Shown here one piece after another: positions 11,718 through 23,330 of a DNA stretch of 64,000 nucleotides. The stretch is from Rhynchopus sp. YZ270_cl-10 (Eukaryota), in assembly GCA_964035575.1 (NCBI GenBank), contig OZ037835.1, positions 1,116,001-1,180,000 of the forward strand, given 5' to 3'. Position numbers and translations under genes: made by a program. The notes beneath the pieces are model-generated. The model saw nothing but the letters and a program-made list of their open reading frames with translations. It did not search any database and was not told where the DNA came from. How positions within the stretch are numbered: position 1 is the first letter of the stretch; each line of letters starts with the position of its first letter.

Positions 11718-12906
11718 TAGGGGGTACGACTCCAGCCATTTTTTGCGCACGGAAAATTCATTTGGCATTATCTGGTCATCTCCAAGGCAACTGCGGGTGA
11801 AAAACACCCTCAGAGTGGGTCACAGGGGGCCTGTGGGTCGAAAAACGACCCAGAAGCCACCCCAGAATACAAAAAAATGGAAAAAAATAGTGAAAAAACG
11901 GCTTTTTTCACGTTTTGGCCACTTTGGGCAAAATAGCGATTTTTCGAGAAAAAAATCAAAAACCGGGATATTTTTTGACATCACAAAGCCTCCTTTGGCA
12001 CAAATATACCCCAAAAGTGGCCTGTGAGTCCATTCCAACCTGTTTTGGACATATTTGACACTTTTGGAAGTGTTTTTTGGTGTTTTTAGGTCAAAAAAAT
12101 GCCCAAGACGTCCCCAAGACATCCCCAGACACTTTGCACACCCCCTGTTACGGTCATATTTTTTTCGTTTTTTTGCCTGAAACCCCCAAAATACCCCTCC
12201 CGGACCCCACATAGTCCCGAATATCCATCACACACCCACTCAGAGTGAGTAGAAGCACCCCAAAAAAAATATTTTTTAAAGCCCTAAAATTGTGCTTCAG
12301 TTTCGGCAGCATCCATGTTGAAGTTGAAGGGCTTTAAAAAATATTTTTTTTGGGGTGCTTCTACTCACTCTGAGTGGGTGTGTGATGGATATTCGGGACT
12401 ATGTGGGGTCCGGGAGGGGTATTTTGGGGGTTTCAGGCAAAAAAACGAAAAAAATATGACCGTAACAGGGGGTGTGCAAAGTGTCTGGGGATGTCTTGGG
12501 GACGTCTTGGGCATTTTTTTGACCTAAAAACACCAAAAAAACACTTCCAAAAGTGTCAAATATGTCCAAAACAGGTTGGAATGGACTCACAGGCCACTTT
12601 TGGGGTATATTTGTGCCAAAGGAGGCTTTGTGATGTCAAAAAATATCCCGGTTTTTGATTTTTTTCTCGAAAAATCGCTATTTTGCCCAAAGTGGCCAAA
12701 ACGTGAAAAAAGCCGTTTTTTCACTATTTTTTTCCATTTTTTTGTATTCTGGGGTGGCTTCTGGGTCGTTTTTCGACCCACAGGCCCCCTGTGACCCACT
12801 CTGAGGGTGTTTTTCACCCGCAGTTGCCTTGGAGATGGCCAGATAATGCCAAATGAATTTTCCGTGCGTTTGGTCCCAGCCAAAATGGCTGGAGTCGTAT
12901 CCCCTA
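11718..12906. mobile_element. Foldback-3 (TAGGGG(G/A)TACGACTCCAGCCATTTT termini; ~570-bp near-perfect arms) inserted in poly-C
   Basis: 11718-12285 is essentially the reverse complement of 12330-12906 (mirror ORFs in the track), with a ~45-bp spacer. Followed by a C run. Confidence 0.9.
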
Positions 12907-13679
12907 CCCCCCCCCCCCCCCCCCCGACGGGGTACCTCAAAAAATGACATTTCTCGCAGAGGCACCAAAGTGTAAGATTTTTTCGGCATTGGAAAGATTG
13001 GGCCAAAAATCCAGTTATTCTAAATACAGTTTTCTCAGAAATGAGTTTTTAATTCCTATTTTCGTGTCGCGAGTTTACGTGTAAAGTGCCTTAGAAACCG
13101 TGCGTTCCTTAAGGGTTCTTAAGGATTCTACAGGCAAAACAGGCGTTTTGGCCAAAAACCCGGTTTTTCAGAAAGGGAACCGGGTTTGCGGCTTCGCAAA
13201 CATGCCAACGCGGTGCGAGAACCATGTGTGGGGGTTTGTAACCACTCGTTACGTACACATAGCTACGGACACATCGGTTGAGTCAGGTTGCATGCGTTGC
13301 GTTCGTTGTGTAGAGATCGTTACGTACAGAGCGCAACGTGTAGACCGGTTGCGTTGCGTTGGTTGTGTTCGGTTGTTAACGTTCATTGCGTTCCGATCGT
13401 TGCGTGCACACCGGTTGCGTTGCGCTGGATTCGTTGCGTTCGTTGCATACAGATCGTAACGTACACATCGGTTGCGCTGTGTTGGATGTGTTGCGTTGCA
13501 TCCGCTGCGTTGCGCTCGTTGCATACATATCGTAACGTATAGAGCGGTTGCGTTGTGTTGGTTGTGTTTGTTGCCACATGTTCGTGGGAATCTGTTCGTT
13601 TCTTTTCAGATTTTTGCATACATCAACCACGAGCAATAGGGAGTGTTAAGGATTAGCAAAACTAAATGTTTGCTTTAAG

Positions 13680-13833
13680 TGCCACCTTCCGCCGCAAGCC
13701 CTCCACTGTGTCATCTGCACCCACTTCGACTGTGTGCTGATTCGTGTCGAAACCCTTGATGTTCCGGTCCATGTCTTTGTTTTGTGTTCTGATCTCTGTG
13801 TGTGGTGGGGTGTTGGTGGTGATCAGAGTGCGA
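13680..13833 (-). pseudogene. 5' fragment of a third UBL-LRR paralog
   Basis: Encodes MDRNIKGFDTNQHTVEVGADDTVEGLRRKVA plus upstream sequence matching ~3933-4094, then truncated. Confidence 0.85.
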
Positions 13834-14365
13834 AGCGTTCGATCCAAACGCGGCGTTTTTCTGAAAAGCGACGCGTTCGATCCAAAAGCGGCGTTTTTCC
13901 GAAAAGCGACGCTTTCGATCCAAACGCGGCGTTTTTCTGAAAAGCGACGCTTTCGATCCAAACGCGGCGTTTCTCTGAAATGCGACGCTTTCGATCCAAA
14001 AGCGGCGTTTTTCTGAAAAGCGACGCTTTCGATCCAAACGCGGCGTTTCTCTGAAAAGCGACGCTTTCGATCCAAAAGCGGCGTTTTTCTGAAAAGCGAC
14101 GCTTTCGATCCAAAAGCTGCGTTTTTCTGAAAAGCGACGCTTTCGATCCAAACGCGGCGTTTCTCTGAAATGCGACGCTTTCGATCCAAAAGCGGCGTTT
14201 TTCTGAAAAGCGACGCTTTCGATCCAAAAGCTGCGTTTTTCTGAAAAGCGACGCTTTCGATCCAAACGCGGAGTTTTTCTGAAAAGCAACGCGATCGATC
14301 CAAACGCGGCGTCTTCTGAAAAGCGACGCGTTCGATCCAAACGCGACGTTTTTCTGAAAAGCGAC
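13834..14365 (+). repeat. 38-bp minisatellite, ~14 copies
   Basis: Unit AAAAGCGACGCTTTCGATCCAAA(C/A)GCGGCGTTTTTCTG. Confidence 0.95.
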
Positions 14366-15321
14366 AGTAATAGGAGAAAACCAGATATCGGCGCAAAATC
14401 CTAAACCCCCCACAAATGTACCTGCGCCAATATCAGTGCAAAGGGTAATCAATTTATTTCACTTTGTATAACTTGTAGCATGCCTGCCTTGTAGATCTTC
14501 CAGTGTGATCATAGCTATGTTATGGAGAGAAACTAGGCTTCACACTTCGTAGAGCATCAGCCAACTGTAGACTTGAGTACGGTGTTGTAAGTCTGTACAT
14601 AGAGACAGTTCAGAAAGGCACCGGAATGTCCCCAGATAGAGCAGGAATAAAAGCATACAGTGTGTCGTGAGGTAGTACAGAATCATTTTGCTGGGATCAT
14701 CTTCGGATATTGTTTCTCTTCTTTTTTTTTTGTTGTTGATTTATATAATGTGGAATTTTTAATGTTAGATTATTGGCGCAGATTTTTAGTTCAGATTTTG
14801 GCGCAGATTTTTGGGTATGATTTTGGAATAAGTCCCTCATTCTCCTCAATCTCCTCAAACTGTCCACTTAACGATTGAGGAGATTGAGGAGATTGAGGAG
14901 TGCACGTTTCCACAACCACCCAGGAGGTAGTGCACTTGGAGCGTTAGTCATTATTTTACGTGGCGTTCCCCTGTAGGCCTATACCACGGGTTCTCTTGAA
15001 CCACAATTACCGTAATGGTTACTTTAGGAGAGAAAGTGTATATTCCTGTCTGGGTGTGGGTGTGGGTGTGGTGTTGTATGGTGGATGAGGAGCAATACAG
15101 AAGAAAAAAATACACGTAGGTCTCAACTTTTTTTTACCCTCCGATTGTTTTTTGTTTTCTTTTCTTTTTTTTGTTGCATCGACAATCACCCTTTCAAAAG
15201 ACAGGGTTCTGTGCACAATGTCAGTTTTTATTTTTCTACTCGTATCTACTGTACTTTTTCCCCCCGATGTGCGAGCACAACTACACTACTTTATGTCCAC
15301 TACCTATAAAAAAAAACACAC

Positions 15322-17145
15322 CAAAACAAAACAAAACAAAACAAAACAAAACAAAACAAAACAAAACAAAACAAAACAAAACAAAACAAAACAAAACAAA
15401 ACAAAACAAAACAAAACAAAACAAAACAAAACAAAACAAAACAAAACAAAACAAAACAAAACAAAACAAAACAAAACAAAACAAAACAAAACAAAACAAA
15501 ACAAAACAAAACAAAACAAAACAAAACAAAACAAAACAAAACAAAACAAAACAAAACAAAACAAAACAAAACAAAACAAAACAAAACAAAACAAAACAAA
15601 ACAAAACAAAACAAAACAAAACAAAACAAAACAAAACAAAACAAAACAAAACAAAACAAAACAAAACAAAACAAAACAAAACAAAACAAAACAAAACAAA
15701 ACAAAACAAAACAAAACAAAACAAAACAAAACAAAACAAAACAAAACAAAACAAAACAAAACAAAACAAAACAAAACAAAACAAAACAAAACAAAACAAA
15801 ACAAAACAAAACAAAACAAAACAAAACAAAACAAAACAAAACAAAACAAAACAAAACAAAACAAAACAAAACAAAACAAAACAAAACAAAACAAAACAAA
15901 ACAAAACAAAACAAAACAAAACAAAACAAAACAAAACAAAACAAAACAAAACAAAACAAAACAAAACAAAACAAAACAAAACAAAACAAAACAAAACAAA
16001 ACAAAACAAAACAAAACAAAACAAAACAAAACAAAACAAAACAAAACAAAACAAAACAAAACAAAACAAAACAAAACAAAACAAAACAAAACAAAACAAA
16101 ACAAAACAAAACAAAACAAAACAAAACAAAACAAAACAAAACAAAACAAAACAAAACAAAACAAAACAAAACAAAACAAAACAAAACAAAACAAAACAAA
16201 ACAAAACAAAACAAAACAAAACAAAACAAAACAAAACAAAACAAAACAAAACAAAACAAAACAAAACAAAACAAAACAAAACAAAACAAAACAAAACAAA
16301 ACAAAACAAAACAAAACAAAACAAAACAAAACAAAACAAAACAAAACAAAACAAAACAAAACAAAACAAAACAAAACAAAACAAAACAAAACAAAACAAA
16401 ACAAAACAAAACAAAACAAAACAAAACAAAACAAAACAAAACAAAACAAAACAAAACAAAACAAAACAAAACAAAACAAAACAAAACAAAACAAAACAAA
16501 ACAAAACAAAACAAAACAAAACAAAACAAAACAAAACAAAACAAAACAAAACAAAACAAAACAAAACAAAACAAAACAAAACAAAACAAAACAAAACAAA
16601 ACAAAACAAAACAAAACAAAACAAAACAAAACAAAACAAAACAAAACAAAACAAAACAAAACAAAACAAAACAAAACAAAACAAAACAAAACAAAACAAA
16701 ACAAAACAAAACAAAACAAAACAAAACAAAACAAAACAAAACAAAACAAAACAAAACAAAACAAAACAAAACAAAACAAAACAAAACAAAACAAAACAAA
16801 ACAAAACAAAACAAAACAAAACAAAACAAAACAAAACAAAACAAAACAAAACAAAACAAAACAAAACAAAACAAAACAAAACAAAACAAAACAAAACAAA
16901 ACAAAACAAAACAAAACAAAACAAAACAAAACAAAACAAAACAAAACAAAACAAAACAAAACAAAACAAAACAAAACAAAACAAAACAAAACAAAACAAA
17001 ACAAAACAAAACAAAACAAAACAAAACAAAACAAAACAAAACAAAACAAAACAAAACAAAACAAAACAAAACAAAACAAAACAAAACAAAACAAAACAAA
17101 ACAAAACAAAACAAAACAAAACAAAACAAAACAAAACAAAACAAA
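15322..17145 (+). repeat. Perfect (AAAAC)n microsatellite, ~1.8 kb
   Basis: Uninterrupted pentamer repeat. Confidence 0.98.
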
Positions 17146-17889
17146 TTTTATTTTTCCTTCCTTCAAAACTACACACACAACGCTTTTTTGGTTTTTGGGA
17201 GACACACAAGGTGCCAGGTTCTATGATAAGCACGGAACCACCCTGCACCTGTTTGTCATATTGTTTCCCGTGCAATACATGGAGAAACGTTTCGCACTCG
17301 AAACAAGGGAAACCATGACAACACAGGTGCAGGGGTTTTTTAAAGTTTGCTGCATTTGCATATTTTTCTGCTTTATGACAAAGAACAAGAGATACGTAAG
17401 AGCAGACACGCCGCTAGGCTGTGTATTGACAGAGCAAATAGAAACATGTATACATGTTCCAGAGAGGGAACAGAGAAGCGTCACAAGAAAGCGCTACGAC
17501 GAGCGTAGCAGAAAAAATCGTAAGAAAGCCACAAGAGATGTTAGCAAGCATCCAGCACTCAATCCACTAAAGGACTACATGAGCACTATGTAAGAGAAAA
17601 AACAACACTAACATTCATGGAGCCAAGGGAGCGAAGGGTGCACACGGCACCGAGAAAGAAACACGAAGGATACCCGAGTATCCCGCACTCTGTCCTACGA
17701 GAGACCACCAGCTCTCTTCCCCGGACAGGCGAGCCCACAAGTGCTCTGTCCAATCCACGAGATCAACCAGGATCTTAACTTAAATACAGGTACAGACTCA
17801 TATGACTTTCATGCAGCGAAAAAGAATGGCAAACCAGAGTGCAAACAGCACCGGGAGAGAGCATCAAAAAACATCCGAGAAGCTAATAC

Positions 17890-19680
17890 TCAAGTCAAGC
17901 AAGAGATCCCGAGAACTCATCACTAGGCTCCAACAAGAACTTAATCTCTAACCTAGCTCAACCAAGAACTCTACCCAAGCAAGACCAATCCATACGAGAG
18001 ATCACAAGAACTCATCACTAGGCTCCAACAAGAAACTTAATCTCTACCCTAGCTCAACCAAGAACTTCACTCAAGCAGGACCCCCATACGAGACGTCACA
18101 AGAACTCGTCACCTGGCTCAACCAAGAACTTAATCTCTCACCAGGCTCATCCAAGAACTGTACTCACGCAGGGTTACCAAGTATAAAACTCATCAATGTA
18201 TGTGATGCAGAAGAAACAAAACAGAGTGCAAAAGGCACAGAAAAACGAAAAACCATCGAGCAAAATACTCAAGTCAAGCAAGAGATCCCGAGAACTCATC
18301 ACTAGGCTCCAACAAGAACTTAATCTCTAACCTAGCTCAACCAAGAACTCTACCCAAGCAAGACCAATCCATACGAGAGATCACAAGAACTCATCACTAG
18401 GCTCCAACAAGAAACTTAATCTCTACCCTAGCTCAACCAAGAACTTCACTCAAGCAGGACCCCCATACGAGACGTCACAAGAACTCGTCACCTGGCTCAA
18501 CCAAGAACTTAATCTCTCACCAGGCTCATCCAAGAACTGTACTCACGCAGGGTTACCAAGTATAAAACTCATCAGTGTTCGCGGCGCAAAAGAAACAAAC
18601 AAAGTGCAAACAGCACATAGAGAAAACGTAAAACATGACACATATCCGAACATCAAATACTCGATCCACACAAGAGATCCCAAGAACTCATCACCCATGA
18701 GAGACTAGCCCCCTCGGCACTCAGTCTCACACTAGGGCTCAACCAAGGACTTTTCTCCAGCAGGACCACCAAGTGTATACTCATCCGCATTCATGTAACA
18801 GGAAAGGAAGACAGAGCAAACAGACACAAAAAACATCCGAGCATAAATACAACGGTAATTCATGAGACCACAGAGCTCTACCCCTGGAGAGACAAGCCCA
18901 ACTGGCGCACATCTCCTATCACCCGGGATCAACAAGCCTACAAGTGTCATCGAGACCTCTAACCCTGGAAAGACGAGCCCATACGGCACTCAGTCTCTTT
19001 ATCACCCGGGATCAACAAGATCTCTACGCAAGCAGAACCAACCCATGCGAGAAGCCACAAGAACTCTAACCCTGGAGTCACCCGGGATCATCAAGAACTC
19101 TGCTCAAGCAGGGTTACTCAGTATTAGCTCATCCGCTTTTGTGCCACAGGAAGAAACAAAACAGTGTACAAGTAACATAACAGAACACAAACACCACAGA
19201 GAGAGCGAAAAATCCCCCGAGCAAGAACTCTAACCCATGAAAGACGAGCCCATCCGGCCCTCAGTCTTATCACCCGGGATCATCAAGAACTCTGCTCAGG
19301 CAGGGCCATATAAACTCATCAGTGTTCTTGTAACAGGACAGAAAAAACAGTGCAAGCAGACACGAAAAACATCCGAGCATAGATACAACAGTAATGCATG
19401 AGACCACAGAGCTCTACCCCTGGAGAGACAAGCCCAACTGGCGCTCATCTCTTATCACCCGGGATCAACAAGCCTACAGTGGCATCGAGACCTCTAACCC
19501 TGGAAAGACGAGCCCATACGGCACTCAGTCTCTTTATCACCGGGGATCAACAAGATCTCTACGCAAGCAGAACCAACCCATGCGAGAAGCCACAAGAACT
19601 CTAACCCTGGAGTTACCCGGGATCATCAAGAACTCTGCTCAAGCAGGGTTACCCAGTATTAGCTCATCCGTATTCATGTA
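17890..19680 (+). repeat. Complex hierarchical satellite (CTCAACCAAGAACT-type subunits; ~380-bp and ~535-bp higher-order duplications)
   Basis: ~17890-18195 matches ~18268-18573; ~18830-19140 matches ~19365-19672. Confidence 0.85.
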
Positions 19681-20904
19681 ACAGAGCAAGCTGATCAAGC
19701 AGGTTAGCCAATGAGGCACTATTTTTAGAAGAAGAAAACAGGGAGCGGGGGGAGGGAAAGCTTTTTGATAAAAATTAGCGAAATACAAAAACCAGCGCGT
19801 GTGGAAGAAAAAAGGAGAGGAAAATATTTTTTCTGATTCAAAGTGGTGTTTACGTTTTGGGTACGGGGCGGAGAATAAAATCTGTTCGATAAAAGAAACG
19901 CGAGCTTATTGTTTTATCTTGTTCATTTTATTTTTCCTTCCTTCAAAACTACACACACAACGCTTTTTTGGTTTTTGGGAGACACACAAGGTGCCAGGTT
20001 CTATGATAAGCACGGAACCACCCTGCACCTGTTTGTCATATTGTTTCCCGTGCAATACATGGAGAAACGTTTCGCACTCGAAACAAGGGAATAGAAACAA
20101 CTCCCCCCCTCCCCTTTTCAACCCATCCCTGCCGCACAAGGGACCACAGCGTTGCCGCAGTAGGGAAGGGGTGGACGAGCCGCCGATAACATTAAAGAGA
20201 AAAAACAGTTTTCTTTCCTTACGTCAAAAACTCTCTCTTTTTTAATTGATTTGGTTTTGGTTGAGACACATCAATGGTGTAGGTTCTGCGGAATCACTGA
20301 ACCACCCATATCCTGTATCACATCGTTGATTGTTCTTTCCCTGCGTTGAGTGCAGGAAAGTTCGCGAAAACTATCGCGACCAGTTTACAATAAAAGACTC
20401 CAGCGTCGGTTTTCTTTTACACAGAAATAACAAGAAACGATAACCTGAGCTGACACCTGGGCGTTCACACCAAACCCAGAGTGCCGTACAAACCCAGAGT
20501 GCCGTACATAGAGGCACAAATAATATAACCTACATTCTTGAACTCTTCTACTATTGGACGCATCCTTCGTCCCGACCAAGACCTTCTCCGAAGACCTGAT
20601 GCCTGACAACAACCTAACCACCAGCGGGTCCACCCCTGTAGGTGGGAGGAGGAGACCTGACACCCAGCTCTCGCTTGTGTTTGCGGAGGACGGCACTCAC
20701 AGTGGTGCTCAAGCCGAGGTGCATGAGGTGTCCATCCGGGAAGTTCTCCACAAAGCAAGATCCGAAGGTCGCAACCCTGCCACGTCGCGTCAGTCTCCTG
20801 GGCAGTAAGCGCACAACGTGTTGCCACATCCGCCGTGATATCGTGAATCCCACCTCAACCAAGGGGTGCGACTCCAGGGACCACGCGTAGCTCCTGACTC
20901 CCGA

Positions 20905-21128
20905 TTACTATCCAGAGGTACGGAGGGTGTCGACCTCCTTGTGGCGTTACACAACCAGCATGTCCCCCACGCCGCACCCATCAACGCCAAGTGCTGCAGG
21001 GCCCCTCGCTTCCAGGAGTGGTCGCGAACCTCCGGGAAGTACAGAGAGGTTTCCCGTCCCAGGCTGTGAACGTCTGACATACTGAACGCCACTCCGCGTT
21101 GCTTCCAGTAGCGGACGACGGGGAACAT
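20905..21128 (-). pseudogene. Tyrosine recombinase C-terminal relic
   Basis: EVRDHSWKRGALQHLALMGAAW, then after a frameshift DMLVV*RHKEVDTLRT. This matches the HSx(K/R)RGA...RH...(Y) box of DIRS/VIPER-type YRs. Confidence 0.65.
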
Positions 21129-21213
21129 GTACTAGGGGAGGGTGTACAGCAGCTCGGCTGGGTCCCCTCGCAGCTTGGCCACCTTCCGAGCCGCACTGCT
21201 CATGATGTGACCT

Positions 21214-21596
21214 TTGGATGAAGAAACAAGAGGATTAAAAAACACAAGTACACGTGCACGCAGTGATCAGCTGCTTGTGTTCATTGGCATTCAGCTGGAC
21301 ATGACGGCGAAGACCGTGTGCCAGACGAGAACTGGAGGCGTAAGCTGCTCGTGTCGCCGTTCCCCCGGGTCCTCACGTCATGCAGAGCGGTGGCACCACC
21401 ACATCGGGTGTTACGGATGGACACACTTGGTCATGCGCATGCCGATCGCCGGATTCGCTCTGATTGCTGCCTCTCTCATCAGATTAGCTGCCACTGCGCT
21501 ACAGCCGTAGACTGGGACAGGACTATGACCCTATTCGACGCTACTCCTACTAAAGGACTTTCGTCGTGCGGAGGTGAGGGCCTCGATGTGTGTTGA
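21214..21596 (+). pseudogene. DIRS-type RT C-terminus/RNase H relic, opposite strand to the YR relic
   Basis: LVFIGIQLDMTAKTV resembles the DIRS 'FLGxxxD' motif; MTLF-DATP resembles the RNase H 'TDAS' motif. Frameshifted. Confidence 0.45.
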
Positions 21597-23184
21597 TGGA
21601 GGCGCCTGTCTGCCATATCTGGTCGAGCGCCAGCGACGGTGCCTCCTTTGTCTTGTTGGGCCCTACGACAATGAAAGATGAAAACGCGTGTGAACTGGAC
21701 GCTGCGACACCGTCGAACGCTTCTCCTGCATCTTGATCTGCGCAAACTTGTGCGCATCCAGCAGCAGCTTCGACAGCGCCACAATCTGGTTCGGGCGGAA
21801 GGTTGCGCGACTGCTAGATCAGACGCATCACGAACATGTCGCGCTGCCCCTCCGCCAGATGCTTCCACGGCACCACGTGGTGATCGGCGACGGCGGCATC
21901 GGCGTCACGTCAAACCCGAGGGCCGCTGCAGCACCCGAGTTTGTCTTCTCCCCAGCCGCCATGTCCGCAACCCCCTCAAGCGAGGAGTCCTTCTTCGACG
22001 GGTTCACTGTCCCAACAAAGGCAATGTTCTCGCGGTGGGTATTCGTCGAAAAGTTCTTCAGATTCGTAGGAAACTCTCCTGCCGACGCGCGTACCCGTCA
22101 ATTCGCATTGAGGAGCTGTTCACTGCCCTCATCGCCATGGCTGCAGCTGACTCTGTTGCCCCGCGAGATTACGGCCTGGTGGCTTCCCACGACAACTCCA
22201 CGGCGGAGTCACGTACCACAAAGGATCTTCACTGCCTTTTCCTGTGCGGAGACTGATGGATCACTTCGCACAGGCATACTAAGGCATCGCGGCCCCGACA
22301 TCCCCTAGAGAATCTACGCAACAGAGAAGGTTGTGGGTGAGCGCTCGATGTCGTGCAGTTGTGGTGTGAGGGAGAACCGGTTTAGACTCTTGTCGTATAG
22401 GGGGTGGCATCTGAGCATGGTACCCCTATGTCGTATTCCCTCGCATCGATCAGAAGGCGAGCCAATCGGTCTTCTGCGCGATCTTGAAGGTGGGGCAGCC
22501 TTGCGGATGGGGACAATACTGGTGATACGGATCACCCTCTATTCCTTCAGGGCGGCGCTACACATCAACGTCACCTCCACAGCCATGCAGACTAGGATGT
22601 AGTACCTCTGGTTCTTCCACGTGCGCTCAATCGCCCACACACCGCAATCCTGCAGCTCCATGTTCCGCGTCATCGCAACGGAGCGTGAACAGCGTCCCAT
22701 AAAAAACAACGCCTCCTCAGCAGGGAAGCCGATCCGGATCCCAGGTACATCCGTAAACGTCATACAGGCTCAGTGGGCTCGTCGTCGTCACATTGCAGGG
22801 AAAACTACGCAAGCAACGGGCACTAGTGTCGTGTAGGTTCCGTCCGACACAACCTCCACGTCTGGAAGCTGGCGCCGAGCACCTGCAGCATACGTCCTTC
22901 GTTCCCGTCACCGGAGTGTACGAAAACTCCCGCTACACCACTGGCAACCACTGCCCACTCTTGCGCGGTCGTTGCTGTCGGCGGGTGCTACGGTGTCCTG
23001 CTCAAACGCTCTGCTGGTACCTGCCGTCCAACGTGCGTGTGAGTGACACAAGATTGTGGAGGCACGTCGTTCTGCTTCTTCCGCAGATGGCCTCCCAGCG
23101 TCGTTTGTCGCCAACCCGAAGCGTCGTGGTGGACACACAGATCGCAGCCTGTGCACGGGATCGCTCCTGCAGGTTCAGCGTCTA

Positions 23185-23330
23185 GGCCAGGACGGTTGTG
23201 TCACCAGTACTCAACCGCGTGAGTCCGCACCTTCGGGCATCACCTTCCCTCATAGCTCATGTCAAAGCCGTCTTCGCACAGCGCTGCTGCAGACGCCATC
23301 GTACGCCATACGTCCGCAGTTGTATCATAT
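23185..23330 (-). pseudogene. Diverged UBL-domain relic related to the UBL-LRR family
   Basis: Minus-strand translation ~DTTADVWRTMASAAALCEDGFDMSYEG...EGAD...STGDTTVL aligns to DDTVEGLRRKVASAMGLPEDGFCMSFG...EGADMTQLSAGDTIIL. Confidence 0.6.

Larger units (their letters stand above)
8736..13666 (+). mobile_element. Family A hairpin/subTIR element (HINE/Helentron-like, non-autonomous) hosting four nested MITEs in its poly-C tract
   Basis: Starts TTTCCTTAACAC-TCT-GTGTTAAGG (hairpin) and ends GAGTGTTAAGGATTAGCAAAACTAAA. Sits between A and T. Internal CGTTG-rich repeats at ~13250-13570. Confidence 0.7.

Noticed and set aside
13834..14365. CRISPR-like array
   Set aside because: Contiguous 38-bp tandem units with no unique spacers, no cas genes, eukaryotic context.
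15152..17593. 600-800-aa ORFs (KQNKT / FCFVL repeats)
   Set aside because: Stop-free translations of the (AAAAC)n microsatellite.
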